A stretch of 64,000 nucleotides of DNA, from positions 351,357-415,356 of the forward strand of contig NW_005434619.1 in NCBI RefSeq assembly GCF_000315625.1, written 5' to 3'. Each line of letters begins with the position of its first letter. The first letter of the stretch is position 1. Under the pieces are notes generated by a model. It was not told where the DNA came from, searched no databases, and was given only the letters and a program-made list of their open reading frames with translations. The position numbers and the translations under genes are program-made. This DNA comes from Guillardia theta CCMP2712 (taxonomy: Eukaryota; Protista; Cryptophyta). Of this stretch, positions 30,441 to 41,699 are shown one piece after another.

Positions 30441-31106
30441 TCATCGCCAAGCTTTTGTGTTAGGATAGACTCCCACCCTCTGAACGCTGAAGTGATTCTG
30501 CACTCCCTGTTCGAACCCTTCACACTTCACACCCACTCGTCTCTGAAACCCCATGGCCTGTCGCAGAGCAGGCCCTGTCTCGGGGTTGTTCCAGTAGTTG
30601 GCGACCTCCAACGGGATCTCTCCGTCGTTGTTCCGTGCGTTGCAATCAGCTCCTGCTTCCGTCAAGATCCTGACCACAGAAGCTGTGCCGTTTGCTGCCG
30701 CCCAATGCAAGGGAGTCCGCAAGTCTTTGTTCCTCGCATTCACGTTCGCTCCCCTGGCTACCAGCACCTGAACTGCCTCCTTCCTCCCCTCTCTCGCTGC
30801 ATAGTGCAGAGCAGTCTGCTTGTACTCCGCGTCAGTGTGGTCGACGGGAACTCCCGCATCCAGCAGGGCTATGATCGTCTCAGCATCTCCCGCCTTTGCA
30901 GCCTCACGAAGCGCCTGGCCCATCTCACGGTCTCGCTTCCTCTGCATGTCCTTGCGCCATTGTTCATCGAGCATCCTTTTGATCTCCTTATTCTCGTTCC
31001 TGACCTCCTGCTCCCAACGGTAGATGGCCTGATAGCCTGCCCGACCGTCGCCATGTACAAGGGGCATCGGACAAGACTGATCCAGCAACCTGCATTTCAA
31101 TGTCAT
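30441..31106 (-). CDS. Ankyrin-repeat protein
   Basis: ALREAAKAGDAETIIALLDAG, QTALHYAAREGRKEAVQVLVARGANVN, RTPLHWAAANG..LTEAGADCN, EIPLEVA. Confidence 0.9.
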   Translation of the reverse strand: MTLKCRLLDQSCPMPLVHGDGRAGYQAIYRWEQEVRNENKEIKRMLDEQWRKDMQRKRDREMGQALREAAKAGDAETIIALLDAGVPVDHTDAEYKQTALHYAAREGRKEAVQVLVARGANVNARNKDLRTPLHWAAANGTASVVRILTEAGADCNARNNDGEIPLEVANYWNNPETGPALRQAMGFQRRVGVKCEGFEQGVQNHFSVQRVGVYPNTKAWR

Positions 31107-31596
31107 ACGATTTGTTTGCAGAGAAATATGTTGAGTGTTCCACTCTGACGGTTGTGCTTCAGATTTGCATCTGGACTCCTTTGATCCTCGTCTCTCCTAC
31201 ATCTCCTCATCTGTTCCCACTGCTTGTTGTCCTCGTCCTCGTCCTCTTCCTCGTCCTCTTCCTCTTCCTCGTCCTCTTCCTCTTCCTCTTCCTCGTCCTC
31301 GTCCTCTTCCTCTTCCTCGTCCTGGTCTCAATGCATTTTCTGCGCCTTTCAACGGCAGGTAACGTGACTCAAATTTCGGTTGAGTAAAACAAAACGAAAC
31401 GGAGACATGGTGCAGGTGCCATAGAGAGGAGAGGAGAGGAGAGGAGAGGAGAGGAGAGGAGAGGAAGAGGAAGAGGAAGAGGAGAGTAAACAGAAAACAG
31501 GAGGGAGGGACTGAAATTGCATTTGTGGCCCAATGTTTCTCTGGTTTGAATGCTTCGCAACTGTTCTCTTCGGCGTGTGAATCGGCACAAATCGGC

Positions 31597-34500
31597 ATGT
31601 TGAAGTCAGAACAAGAACCAAGGATCGCTCTGACCAGCGCAGTCTTCCAGTGGCTGTGCAGCATCAAGGTCCTGGCTGGAGAGCACGGACGAGGCAATGT
31701 AGGAGGAGGCTTCCAGGTAGAAGGCGTCCATGCGCAGACCCTCTTCGATGGTCAGTTGCTCGTGCGGAGGATAGCAGAGTTTCTTCCCAACACCATCCCC
31801 CTGCCTCCAGAGGCGCCCGAAGGCTCGAGGACGAGCGAGCTGCTGCTGCGGCTGCACAGCTGGCAGGCGATCCTGTCGTACCTGGCGCGGATGACGGGGG
31901 AGGAGGTGGACGACGATGAGAAGGCGCTGATCCTTGCCAAGGACAGTGCGGTGATGAGCAACGTGCTGCATCGTCTCGCTGCGTTCCTGGAGCTGCATGT
32001 TGTGATCCCTGGCAAGAGGACGCGGGGAGGCCCAGATGTGCACGACCATAAGGCGATCCACCTGATTGCCAGAGCAAGCACAAGGCTGCTGCGGTTGGGG
32101 TACGAGGAAACCCTCAGGCTCTTCACGGCTGAGCAGGAGAGGCTGGTGTACATGATCAGAACGCACATGTCCAAGGAGGCTGACGAGGCCTCGCTGGCAG
32201 CGTTGAGCCTCTGGCTGCGGGAGATACATGCCAGTCACTTTGAGATGATGGAGGCTTGCTCGAGAGACGAGACGAGCTCCTGGCTCCTCCTCTCCGTCTT
32301 GTCCACAACGCTCAGCTCTCCTCATAGGGTGCACGTCATCGCTACTGCCCGTTGCATCTGCGACATCTTCAGCGTGGAAGGAGCTGGAGGAGGAGCGGGA
32401 GGAGCGGGAGGAGGGGCGCAGCAGTGGTCTTGGCTACTGGCCCTGTTTCCTCATTCGAATGTGTCGGGGAAGGATGGGCTATCAGTGATCCTAGCAGCGT
32501 TGAGGAGACACGGGGAGGACGAGGAGGTCAAGGACGCGCTCGCTACGCTGCTGCTGGCCATGAGCGGCGTTGAGAAACTGCCCCACGTGCTCTGCGTTGA
32601 GATCCCGATCCGAGTGAAGCCAAGGATATACTGCTTCCTCCTCGCCGCCCTTCTGCCGCGCTTTGCTGGGGAGGAGGTGGTGGTGAAGGAGCTGGAGTGG
32701 TACGGCTTCGTCCCCTTCCTCCTCAACCTCGTCTTCCGGGACCTGCACCTGTGCTCGAGCTCATCCTCGAGCCTCCTCCTCCTCCTCGAAGGCTGGAGGA
32801 CCTTCTCGCAGACGATGGTGGCGAACCGGGAGTCGGTGGAGGAGCTGCTGGGGATGTTGAAGAGGAGTACATCGCCCTCGTTCGAGCCCGTGGAGCTCCG
32901 GCTCGCCTGCTTCTCCTGCTGCTGCGAGCTGACGGTTGAAATGATCCAAGACAAGTGCTCCCTTGCCAACGAGCTGTACCGCATCATCTTCCAGTCCCTC
33001 CATGAGAACTACCAGGACGCTGCGACAAGGCACAACATGCAGCGTGACGTCTGCAAGGTCGTCGCAGTGAGCCAGCACATTCCCCTCGGCCCTCTGGTCA
33101 ACCCCCTCCGGTCCCTTGCCGAGCGCCATGGCTGGGAGGACGAGGACTTGAGCTACTGGAACACCCTCCTCCACCATCCCCGAGCGGAGCCCATGCACAT
33201 CCTGTCGCTGCTGAGTCTGCTGGTCATGGCGATGACCTCCGGGCCCCGGGCCTCGGAGCTGTCCGGGTCGCTGCTGTCGGGCTTCTTCGAGGAGATCCGG
33301 GGGAGCAACCTGCTGAAGCATGCCGCCATGCGCTCCTTTGTCTTCGAGTCCTTCTTCGGGGTCGCCATGAAGTTTGCCGAGCTCAGGTCCAGCAGGGGGC
33401 TCAGCGGCGAGGAGGAGCAGCATGCCCGGAGGATCTTTCACTTCCTGAGGCGCTCCTGTTCCGATCGCTTCCTCTTCTCTCTCCCCCAAGACGCGGTCGT
33501 GCGGGTTGCCTCCTCCTGCCCCGGCCTCTCCCCTCAGGCAAGGGCAGAGCTGGAGAGTCTGCTGAGGACGGGGGAGGAGGCAGAGGAGGCGAACCTGCCA
33601 AGGATCCCGTCCCAGCCGGACAAAGTCACGAGCAGGCGGCAGGAGGGTGAAGGAAAGCAGCTCTCCTCTCCTTGTCCTCGTCCTCCTCCTCCTGACCGGG
33701 AGGAAAGGAAGGTGCAGTACGCTTCTCCCAAGGAGGAGGAGTTGAGCAGAGCGCCGAGAGCAGGGCGGGTGCTGGAGGCGAAACCTCCGAAGAAGGAGCC
33801 GGCAAAGATGGAGAGCGCGGTGGGAAGAGGAGAGGTGGAGAGGTTGGAAGTGAAGAGGAAGCAAGAAGAGGAGAAGGTATCAGTCAGCAAGGCTATGAAG
33901 AAGCCCCAGGTAGGAGAGGAGAAGAAGCAGGGAGTGGGGAGCACTGTCGGGAGGATCGAGGGGAGTGCAGGGGAGAGGAGGGAAGGAGACGTAGGAGGGA
34001 GGAAAGAAGCTGGTGCAGGAGGGAAGAGAGAGAAGAGCGGTGGAGAAAGGAGGGAGGTCAATGCAGGAGTGAAGAAGCCATCGAACTTTGTGGAGGGGAA
34101 AGGGATGCATGCAGTGGAGAGGAGGGAGGTGCACGCAGTGCAGAAGAGGGAGGAGGGAGGAGGGAGGCGGGAGGAAAGCAGAGGCGGGAGGAGAGTAGAG
34201 GAGAGTAGAGGAGAAAGGAGGGAAGAGAGTAGAGGAGAGAGCAAGGTTGAGAGCGCAGCAGAGAGGAGGGAGCAGAGTACGGGAGGGAGGGAGGAGAGTA
34301 GAGGCGGGAGGGAGGAAGAGAGCAGAGGAGGTAGCAGGCTAGGGGATCCTCAACCGACCCGGCCCACCCTTCTGGAGGGAACCATCCATGCCCTCCAGGT
34401 CAGAGGCTTCGTGGATGCAGTTCAAGTCTTCGTGTTCCTCGACAGGAAGAACGCGGGGAAGTTGGAGAGCGCGAGCGCAAGATCGCAGCTGAAGACGCTG

Positions 34501-36434
34501 AAGCTGCGAACGGAAGAGGAGGCTGATGTGATGCAGGCGGCAGGATGGGTGAGCAGGCCGAGCAGGGTGCTGGAGGCAGAGGACTGGTGGAAGGCGGTGG
34601 GTTGGAGGGCCTCGAAGACGCAGGTGCTGCTGGCGCTGTTCCACAAGTTCACGGAGGAGGGGAAGAAGTTGGAAGAGGAAGGGTTCATACAGGCAATGGT
34701 GAGCACTGGAATCGTTGAAGGAGAACGAGGAGGAGGAGGAGGAGGAGGAGGAGGAATCATCGGGCACGAGGAGGCTGGAAAAGCTTTCAAGGAAGCTGCG
34801 GGGGAGGGGGGGAAGGGGCTCTCCTTTGAGTCTTTTGCTTCCTTCGTGCAGAGGATGGTGGAGGAAGAGGAGCGGGGGAGCGAGATCGAGCGGAGGATCT
34901 TTCCACCTCCTTCCCCCCTCGAGGAGCTGCTCTCGTCAGCTACGAAGGGGAAGCAGAAGGTTGCTGCGCGGGTGAAGGCGAGGATCGCGCTAGCAGAGAG
35001 GATGGTGAAGGAGAAGCTCTTCAAGGATGTGCCGGAGGCGCTGGAGAACATCAAGCCTGGGGAGGAGCAGGAGGCGAAGAGGGCGGTGGCAGCGATGAAG
35101 CCTGCGGAGAAGGGAGGGAGGAAGCAGGGGAAGGACAAGAGGATGCGGGCGAGGAAGGAAGAGGGTAGGTTCAACGCTCCTTCCCCCTCCCCAGCAGCAG
35201 CAGAGTTCTCTCATGATCGCCAGCTCATGATCCTGGAGAGGACGGTGCTCGAGGCCTTTATCAAGTCCTCTCCTCTCGCTCTCGTCGAACCCGACGTGGA
35301 CGATGTATGGTTCCTGTGCGATCCCCGCCACTTCCTCCTCCTCCCCCGCCAGCTCCTCCGTCTCGGACAGCTCGACCGAGCATGCAAGCTCGTCTGCAAC
35401 CTCTACTGGCTGCAGCGCACGATGCAGGAGGCAGGCCCGTGCTGGGTGCTAGACGTGCTGCATGCTCTGTGGGAAGCCCTGCACAAGGGGCAGGGAAGGG
35501 ACGCGGTGGAGGACTACCTTGACTTCGTGGAGCTGCAGTCGGAGCAGCTGACGGAGGACCCGGCGAGCGTCTTCGAGCTGGCGCTTAAGGAGCACGAGAA
35601 CTCGAGGGTACAAGAGGATGCGGGGAGGGCGGTGGTGTCAGGAGAACAGGTCGTGCGCAGCGGAGCCGCGAGGGTTCAGAGGCTGCAGGGAGCGACGGTG
35701 CCGAGAATGAAGAAAGCGATCGGGTACGCGCGAGCTCAACGCTCCCTTCTCCGGCTGAAGGCTCGTGGGATCGTGCGCTGCTTCGGGACGAGGGAGCTGG
35801 AGAGGTACGAGAAGACGCTGGTGGAGGTAGGAGCGAGGCTGGATGAGGAGATTCGGGGGATCAAGGCCTTTCCCCTGGAGGAACACCTGGTAGACATCCA
35901 GGACGTGCTGGGGAGCTGGCAGCAGGACGACTTCGAGGCCTCCGTCTCGTCCTCGTCCTCCTCGTCCTCCTCACCCACCCCCGTCTCCTCCACCTCCGAG
36001 AGCTACGCCAGGGCCTTGTCCTTTTTCGACCTCATGGACGTCGTCCTTCAGGCTTACCCCCCCGGGTCGTCTCCTCCCTCCATCAACTTGGAGAAGGAGG
36101 ACGAGCGAGACGTGGAGGAGGAGGTGGAGATCGTCATGAAGAGGTGGCCGCAAGTTCGCCTGTTCCTCTCCGCCTCCTCTCTAGACCTCATCCGCCATCG
36201 CCTCTTCCTCCTCCACTTCGTCTTCCCCGCTCTACGGATGCACGCAGCCAGCCATGCCGTCCAATTTGTCTGGAGCGATGCGGGGACGTGGAGAAGGAAG
36301 ATCGGCGGGCAGGAGACGATGGAGGAGGCGTTCCGACGACTGAAGCTGATGAATCAGTCGAGGATCCGGGGCAGAGCCAGCGGAGGTAGAAAGAGAGGAT
36401 TCAACCTGATGGTGAGAAATGGAGGTGGAGGGAT

Positions 36435-36471
<37 letters not shown>

Positions 36472-39275
36472 CAGGAGCAGGAATGGCAGAGTGTAGGGGG
36501 GGCGAAGGGCAGCGGGGAAGGAGGAAGAGGAGAAGGAGTAGGGGGAAGAACTTCAGCGTGTGAACGTTGTGGCAGGTGTACGGGAGGAGGTGGGGAGAGC
36601 CGACGATCCGAGAGATCGACATGTTCAACTCACAGCGACAATCGAAGGTGCAGCAGGGGACGAAGAAGGAGGAGGAGGGGAGGGAGGACAAGGACGAGAA
36701 GAGGATCGGTATCAGCGAAGCAGAAGTCTCGAACGCGCTGATGAAGAAACAACGATGCCTCCTGGCCCTGGAGGAGGACGATCCTGAGGAGGAGGAGGCT
36801 CTGGCTGCTCTCCCCGCTGAGAAGAGCAAGGCTGTGCGCAGCGTGTTGGGGGTGCAGAAGAAGAAGTCGATCACGGACCTGCTGAGGAGTGCGAGGGGCA
36901 GCAGAGCGAAGAAGCAGGAGGACGAGGACATGGAGGTCATCAAGTTCAGGAGGGCAGCTGAGCTGGTCACGAAGCTGCTCAGGGAGGATATCGAGGACGA
37001 GCGGCAGATCAGGAAGGTGGTGAAAGGATGCAAGTCCGAGGGGGAGGTGGAGAGATTTGGGATCAATGTGTTCTGCTCGCTGTGGAAGCAGATGTCAACG
37101 GTGGGAAGCAGCAAGGAGTTCCTGTCAGCCTGGGAGATCGCCAGGAGGCAGCAGCTCTCTGCCCAGCAGATCCTGTCCGGCAGACGGGCCGCAAAGTTGG
37201 AGAGCCAGCAGAGCACGATCCTTCACCTCGTCTCCCTCCTCTTCACCTCCCTTGCCTCCTCCTTCGACAGCGAAACTCCCCACATCGTCCGCGTCCGCGG
37301 CCCCCATGGCTGCGGGGTCTCGGTGCTCCTTGCCCTGTTCGCTACACAGGCACCCAACCTCATCTCCTCCTCTCCCTCTCCTCCCCCCCCCTCCTCCCTC
37401 AAGATCGTCTACCTCCGCGTCGAGCCCTGGCACACGAGAAATTTCGTGCAATGGTACCTCTGCAGCGCCATGGCGGAGATCACTTGCCACAGCTACTCCT
37501 GGCGCAAGTTCTCAGAGCACTGCCAGTCCCGCGCGTCCTCGCAGAAGATCCTCGTCCTCGTCATCGACGGGATCTCAGCTGCTGACTACGTCGACTTCTG
37601 CTCCTGCATCAGCAACGTCAGGAAGAGCAGAGTCAGGATCTTTGCGCTCATCAGCCTGGCCGAGCGCCGAGCCAGCATGCCGCATGTTGGTGGAGTGACG
37701 GACGTTTCCCTTCCCCCGCTGTCGCTGCAGGAGGCGCAGCAGCTGGCAGCGCACGTGATCCAGGACCTTTCCAAGACCTTCATGTGGAGCTATGCGATCG
37801 ACAAGGCGCTGGTGACGGAGAGAATCTCCCGTATCGTCTCCTCCAGCTCCGAGCGAGCTGCCGCCATCTTCGGCAACCCGCTGTACATCGTGGGGATCAG
37901 CGTCATCATGGCGCATCAGCTGGAAGCCTCCTCGTTCCCTGGTGATCTGACGTCGCTCTGGATGGACGCCTTCTTCCCCCTCCTCGAGAAGATCTACGGG
38001 CAGCACTTCGTCTCCTCCCTCCTCCTCACCCTCCACTACGAGCCGATGGGCCTCACGCGCCATCAGTTCGGCATCGAGGAGAAGCTGCTGACGGAGGACA
38101 AGAGCGAAGGCAAGAAGGTCAAGGTCGACAACCCGAGGGACTACCTTGCCCACGGGGACGTGCTGTGCAACATAGGATACCGCTGCGAGACTGTCTACTC
38201 GTCTCTCTCCCGCCTCCTCGACGTCGTGATCAGCCCGGGGAGCTGCGGGTTCAACCTGCAGCACTACAGCATGAAGAAGGCGATAGAGATGAGGTACTAC
38301 GACAGCTGGAAGAAGAGCGAGGAGGAGGCGATCAAACCGGCTCTCGTCCCGCGCGACAGCAAGAACTCCAAGACCAAGACTTCCTCGGGGGCTGCTGGGA
38401 ACGGAGGGCGACGTCAGAGTCAGGTCGCCGAGAGCAGGGAGGACTCGTCCCGCCCTGTAACGGGGGAAGGCAGCGATGATTCACAGGCAGCCGAGGGAGC
38501 GGCAGAGGAGGAGAGGAAGAGCGACCAGTCTCAGGAAGGAGCCGTGCACGACCTTGATGGCGGAACTTTGCCTGACATTGCGATGAAGGGAGAGGACCAG
38601 GACCAGGACCAGGACCAGGACCAGGACCAGGACCAGGACCAGGACCAGGACCAGGACCAGGACCAGGACCAGGACCAGGATGAGCAGAAGGGGGCGGAGG
38701 AGGAGGAGGCTGCACAAGGGGTCGAGTCGAGAGAGGATGTTGCAGCAGAAGGGCAGGGCATCCAAGAGGAGGATGGAGAGCTGAACGATGGCGAGCCGGC
38801 AGAAGACACAGCGGAACTCAAGGAGCAGGAGACAGCAGAGGAAAGCGAAGAACAGGCAAGGGAGATGCCAGGAGACGCTGAGCCAACCAAGGAGGAGGAG
38901 GCAGGAGATGCTGAGCCAACCAAGGAGAAGGAGGAGGAGGCAGGAGACGCTGAGCCAACCAAGGAGAAGGAGGAGGAGGCAGGAGACGCTGAGCCAACCA
39001 AGGAGAAGGAGGAGGAGGCAGGAGACGCTGAACCAACCAAGGAGAAGGAGGAGGAGGCAGGAGATGCTGAGCCAACCAAGGAGAAGGAGGAGGCGGCAGG
39101 AGACGCTGAGCCAACCAAGGAGAAGGAGGAGGAGGCAGGAGATGCTGAGCCAACCAAGGAGGAGGCAGGAGGTGATGATCAAGAGAGAGCAACAGAGGGA
39201 GCCGAACAAGAGGTGGCGGCGGAGGGGAACGAGCCGGAGGAGAAGGAGGCAGGAGGAGATGAAGGAGCAGGGTAA
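31597..39275 (+). CDS. Giant (~2500 aa) mosaic protein: helical N-terminus, EF-hand/p25alpha-like segment, APAF1-like helical domain, DUF4062-like plus degenerate NACHT-like NTPase, acidic repeat tail
   Basis: Two long ORFs joined by a GT-AG intron at 36412-36575 (FNLM|VYGRRWG). VRLFLSASSLDL..HR.FL..FVFPAL and GISEAEV resemble DUF4062. Walker A-like GPHGCGVS, Walker B-like LVLVIDG, LPPLS..EA, GNPLY. Confidence 0.7.
38595..38678 (+). repeat. (GACCAG)14 coding hexanucleotide repeat (Asp-Gln)
   Basis: 14 perfect copies in frame. Confidence 0.95.
38871..39170 (+). repeat. 39-bp coding minisatellite, 8 copies (GDAEPTKEKEEEA)
   Basis: GGAGAYGCTGAGCCAACCAAGGAGAAGGAGGAGGAGGCA units; the first and last are shorter. 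Confidence 0.95.
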
Positions 39276-39535
39276 GGACATAGAAAGTTTTGCATGATGA
39301 AGAATATGAAAGTAGAAAATAAATACCTTGAATGTGATCTATGAACAACTCTCGATCCCTTCTCCTCTCCTCCTCTCTTCTGCTCCAGCTCGCAGCCAAT
39401 GCCTCCCGTCCCTCCTCTCCTCTCTTCTCCTCATCAAAAACCATTGGGTCTCCTCAAGAACGTTCCAGTTCACCTCAGTGAAACTCTACGGCTGCAGACA
39501 AGGAGGGAGCAAGGAGCAGGGAACCGATGGGGGCG

Positions 39536-41480
39536 TCAGACTCTGAGAGCGTTCAAAGACATCTCCCACTCCTCCTCAAAGGATCCTGCAGACTGTACAG
39601 AGCGCTTCTCCCGCATCAGCACCACCGTGTAGTGCTGGTGATCTCGTACACTGACAAACTCTAGCTTCACCCACGAACCTTGTTGACCTGCCTCTCGCTT
39701 CACTCCTTCACATCCCTCCCGCCTGTGTCTCACCTAGCACATGACTGCTCAGCTGCGAGAGCGACTTCCCCTGGATGTCGATGGAGTCGACCCGGACTAG
39801 CTCGTCTCCTACTCTGATCTTCTCGCACTCCGACGCTGGGCTGTCACTTGCGATCTCCCTTACCTTGATCCTTCCCCCGTGGCACTGGCAGCAGAGTCAT
39901 GTTGAGGAGAAACAGGCGAGCCTCCTCTCTCACGATCTGAAAGTAGCATCCGACCCCGACGGGAACGCGCGATGGCCGACGGAGGTTCTGCCTGCGGGAT
40001 AGCAGTGAGAAGGGAGTGAGGGAGGAGGTGGACGTACTGAACGATCCAGGGGTTCGGGCCGACGCGAGGAGGAGCAGAGGGCTGTTGGAACAGGTTCACA
40101 AGGAGAGCAAGTGAAGAAGAACGAGCGACCTTCTGGATGGAGGAGGTGGCAAGAGAGCTGTACAGAATGTCAGAGGTATAGACTGAGGGTGAAGTTTGAA
40201 GCTCCTTGCCTGTTGTGCTTCAAGGTTGTGGCGTCTTGGCGTCCAGGTCTCCGGGGGTCCTGGTCGCAGATTTGAAATCATTTCCGATTATTGACACGCG
40301 TGTATGTCGGAAACAAACATAGTGGAACATGGCAGAGGTACTGCAATCATGAAAGCACCCACATACATGCTCTCTTAAAACAAACTCTCTACCATCATCA
40401 CTGACGAGTGTCTCGTGCTATCATTTCGGCAAGCACGCATGTCACTTGCATGCTTCAACTCACCGTCCTGGTGTCCCAGCATGTCGCGGTACTCACCCCT
40501 CCCCCCATTCCAGGATGCGCGTCCTGGTGACGATGCTACGATGTGAAATGATCCAGTGATAGCAAATGGTCCAGTGATAGCAGCAAGAAACTAGCAGTCT
40601 GTCAAGACGCGGAGGACTGGCGGTCTGATCAGGAGAAAGATGCCACAACGAAAGGAGTGGTTGGAGGAAAGGAAGACGAGACAAAACGGCGGCGAGCAGC
40701 ACCAAAACTTGAGTAAGACTGCAGTGGAGGACGAGGACAGAGGGATAGATCAGCAGGAGGAGATGAGCTTCAGAAAGACTGTAAGGATGCAGATGAGGTA
40801 TGAGGACGGGGAGGAGGAGGAGGAGGAGGAGGAGGAGGAGGAGGAGGAGAGAGAGACAGAAGGGAGCATAGCGAGTACAGGCTGTCACTACCGCTTCCTA
40901 ACTCGGAAGGGACATTGATTATTGTTCGAACGATTAGTTACTGAGCTAGCTAGGGTAAAACAAGTCCGCGCCAGAGTTGCTTCTTCCGGTTTAGATTGGG
41001 TTTAGTTCTACTGCAATGGACGGATCGCATAGCGTCCTTGGAAGAGACTGAGAGAGAGAGAGAGGGAGGGAGGGAGAGAGAGAGACAGAGACAGAGACAG
41101 AGACAGAGACAGAGACAGACAGACAGAGAACAGGAGTCTGTCAAGAAGTTTTGGATCATCAAAATTTGACACAAAAATGATTCCTGGTTTTTTTCGCAAG
41201 ATGTCAAGAGAGTTTTATTCCTTCATGTCGCTTCCTACTACACATATGTGAATGTCAGCCAGCCTGGCCTTCCGCATCGAGATCTGCATTCTTGCATTTC
41301 TCTTTCAACCGCAGCATGTGAAACCTTTCATTGCTAGCGGGAGCGTGTGGGAGGTGAGGGATCAACGCGTGTTCTACCTTGCCGCTGATTTCAAGTCAGC
41401 TCAAGTACAATGGGAGCTCTGCTTCTGCCAACGCTTTCAGCATCGCCCCAGGCATTGCTTCCAATGCTGCAGTCAAAGGA
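39536..41480 (-). CDS. PDZ-domain protein, multi-exon; 5' end uncertain
   Basis: Minus-strand exons give VGVGCYFQI, GEIASDSPASECEKIRVGDELVRVDSIDIQGKSLSQ and GQQGSWVKLEFVSVRDHQHYTVVLMRE*, consistent with a PDZ fold. Confidence 0.6.
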
Positions 41481-41699
41481 GGTAGCTGAATCGTCTCGAT
41501 CGTCGTGCCACTGATCGGCACTACGACTGCAGATGAAGTCCCTGAGGGTGTGTCCCACGGCCATGTGAATATTTCTCGAGTGCTGTCAGTGAGATTGACA
41601 TGGATGTTGAAAGATCAACAGTGAGGATCTGTTCAACAAGCTTCTAAGTTCCAGGGGTATGAAAGCCGGAGAGAAGCTGTCGGGAGAAGGATCAAGTCA

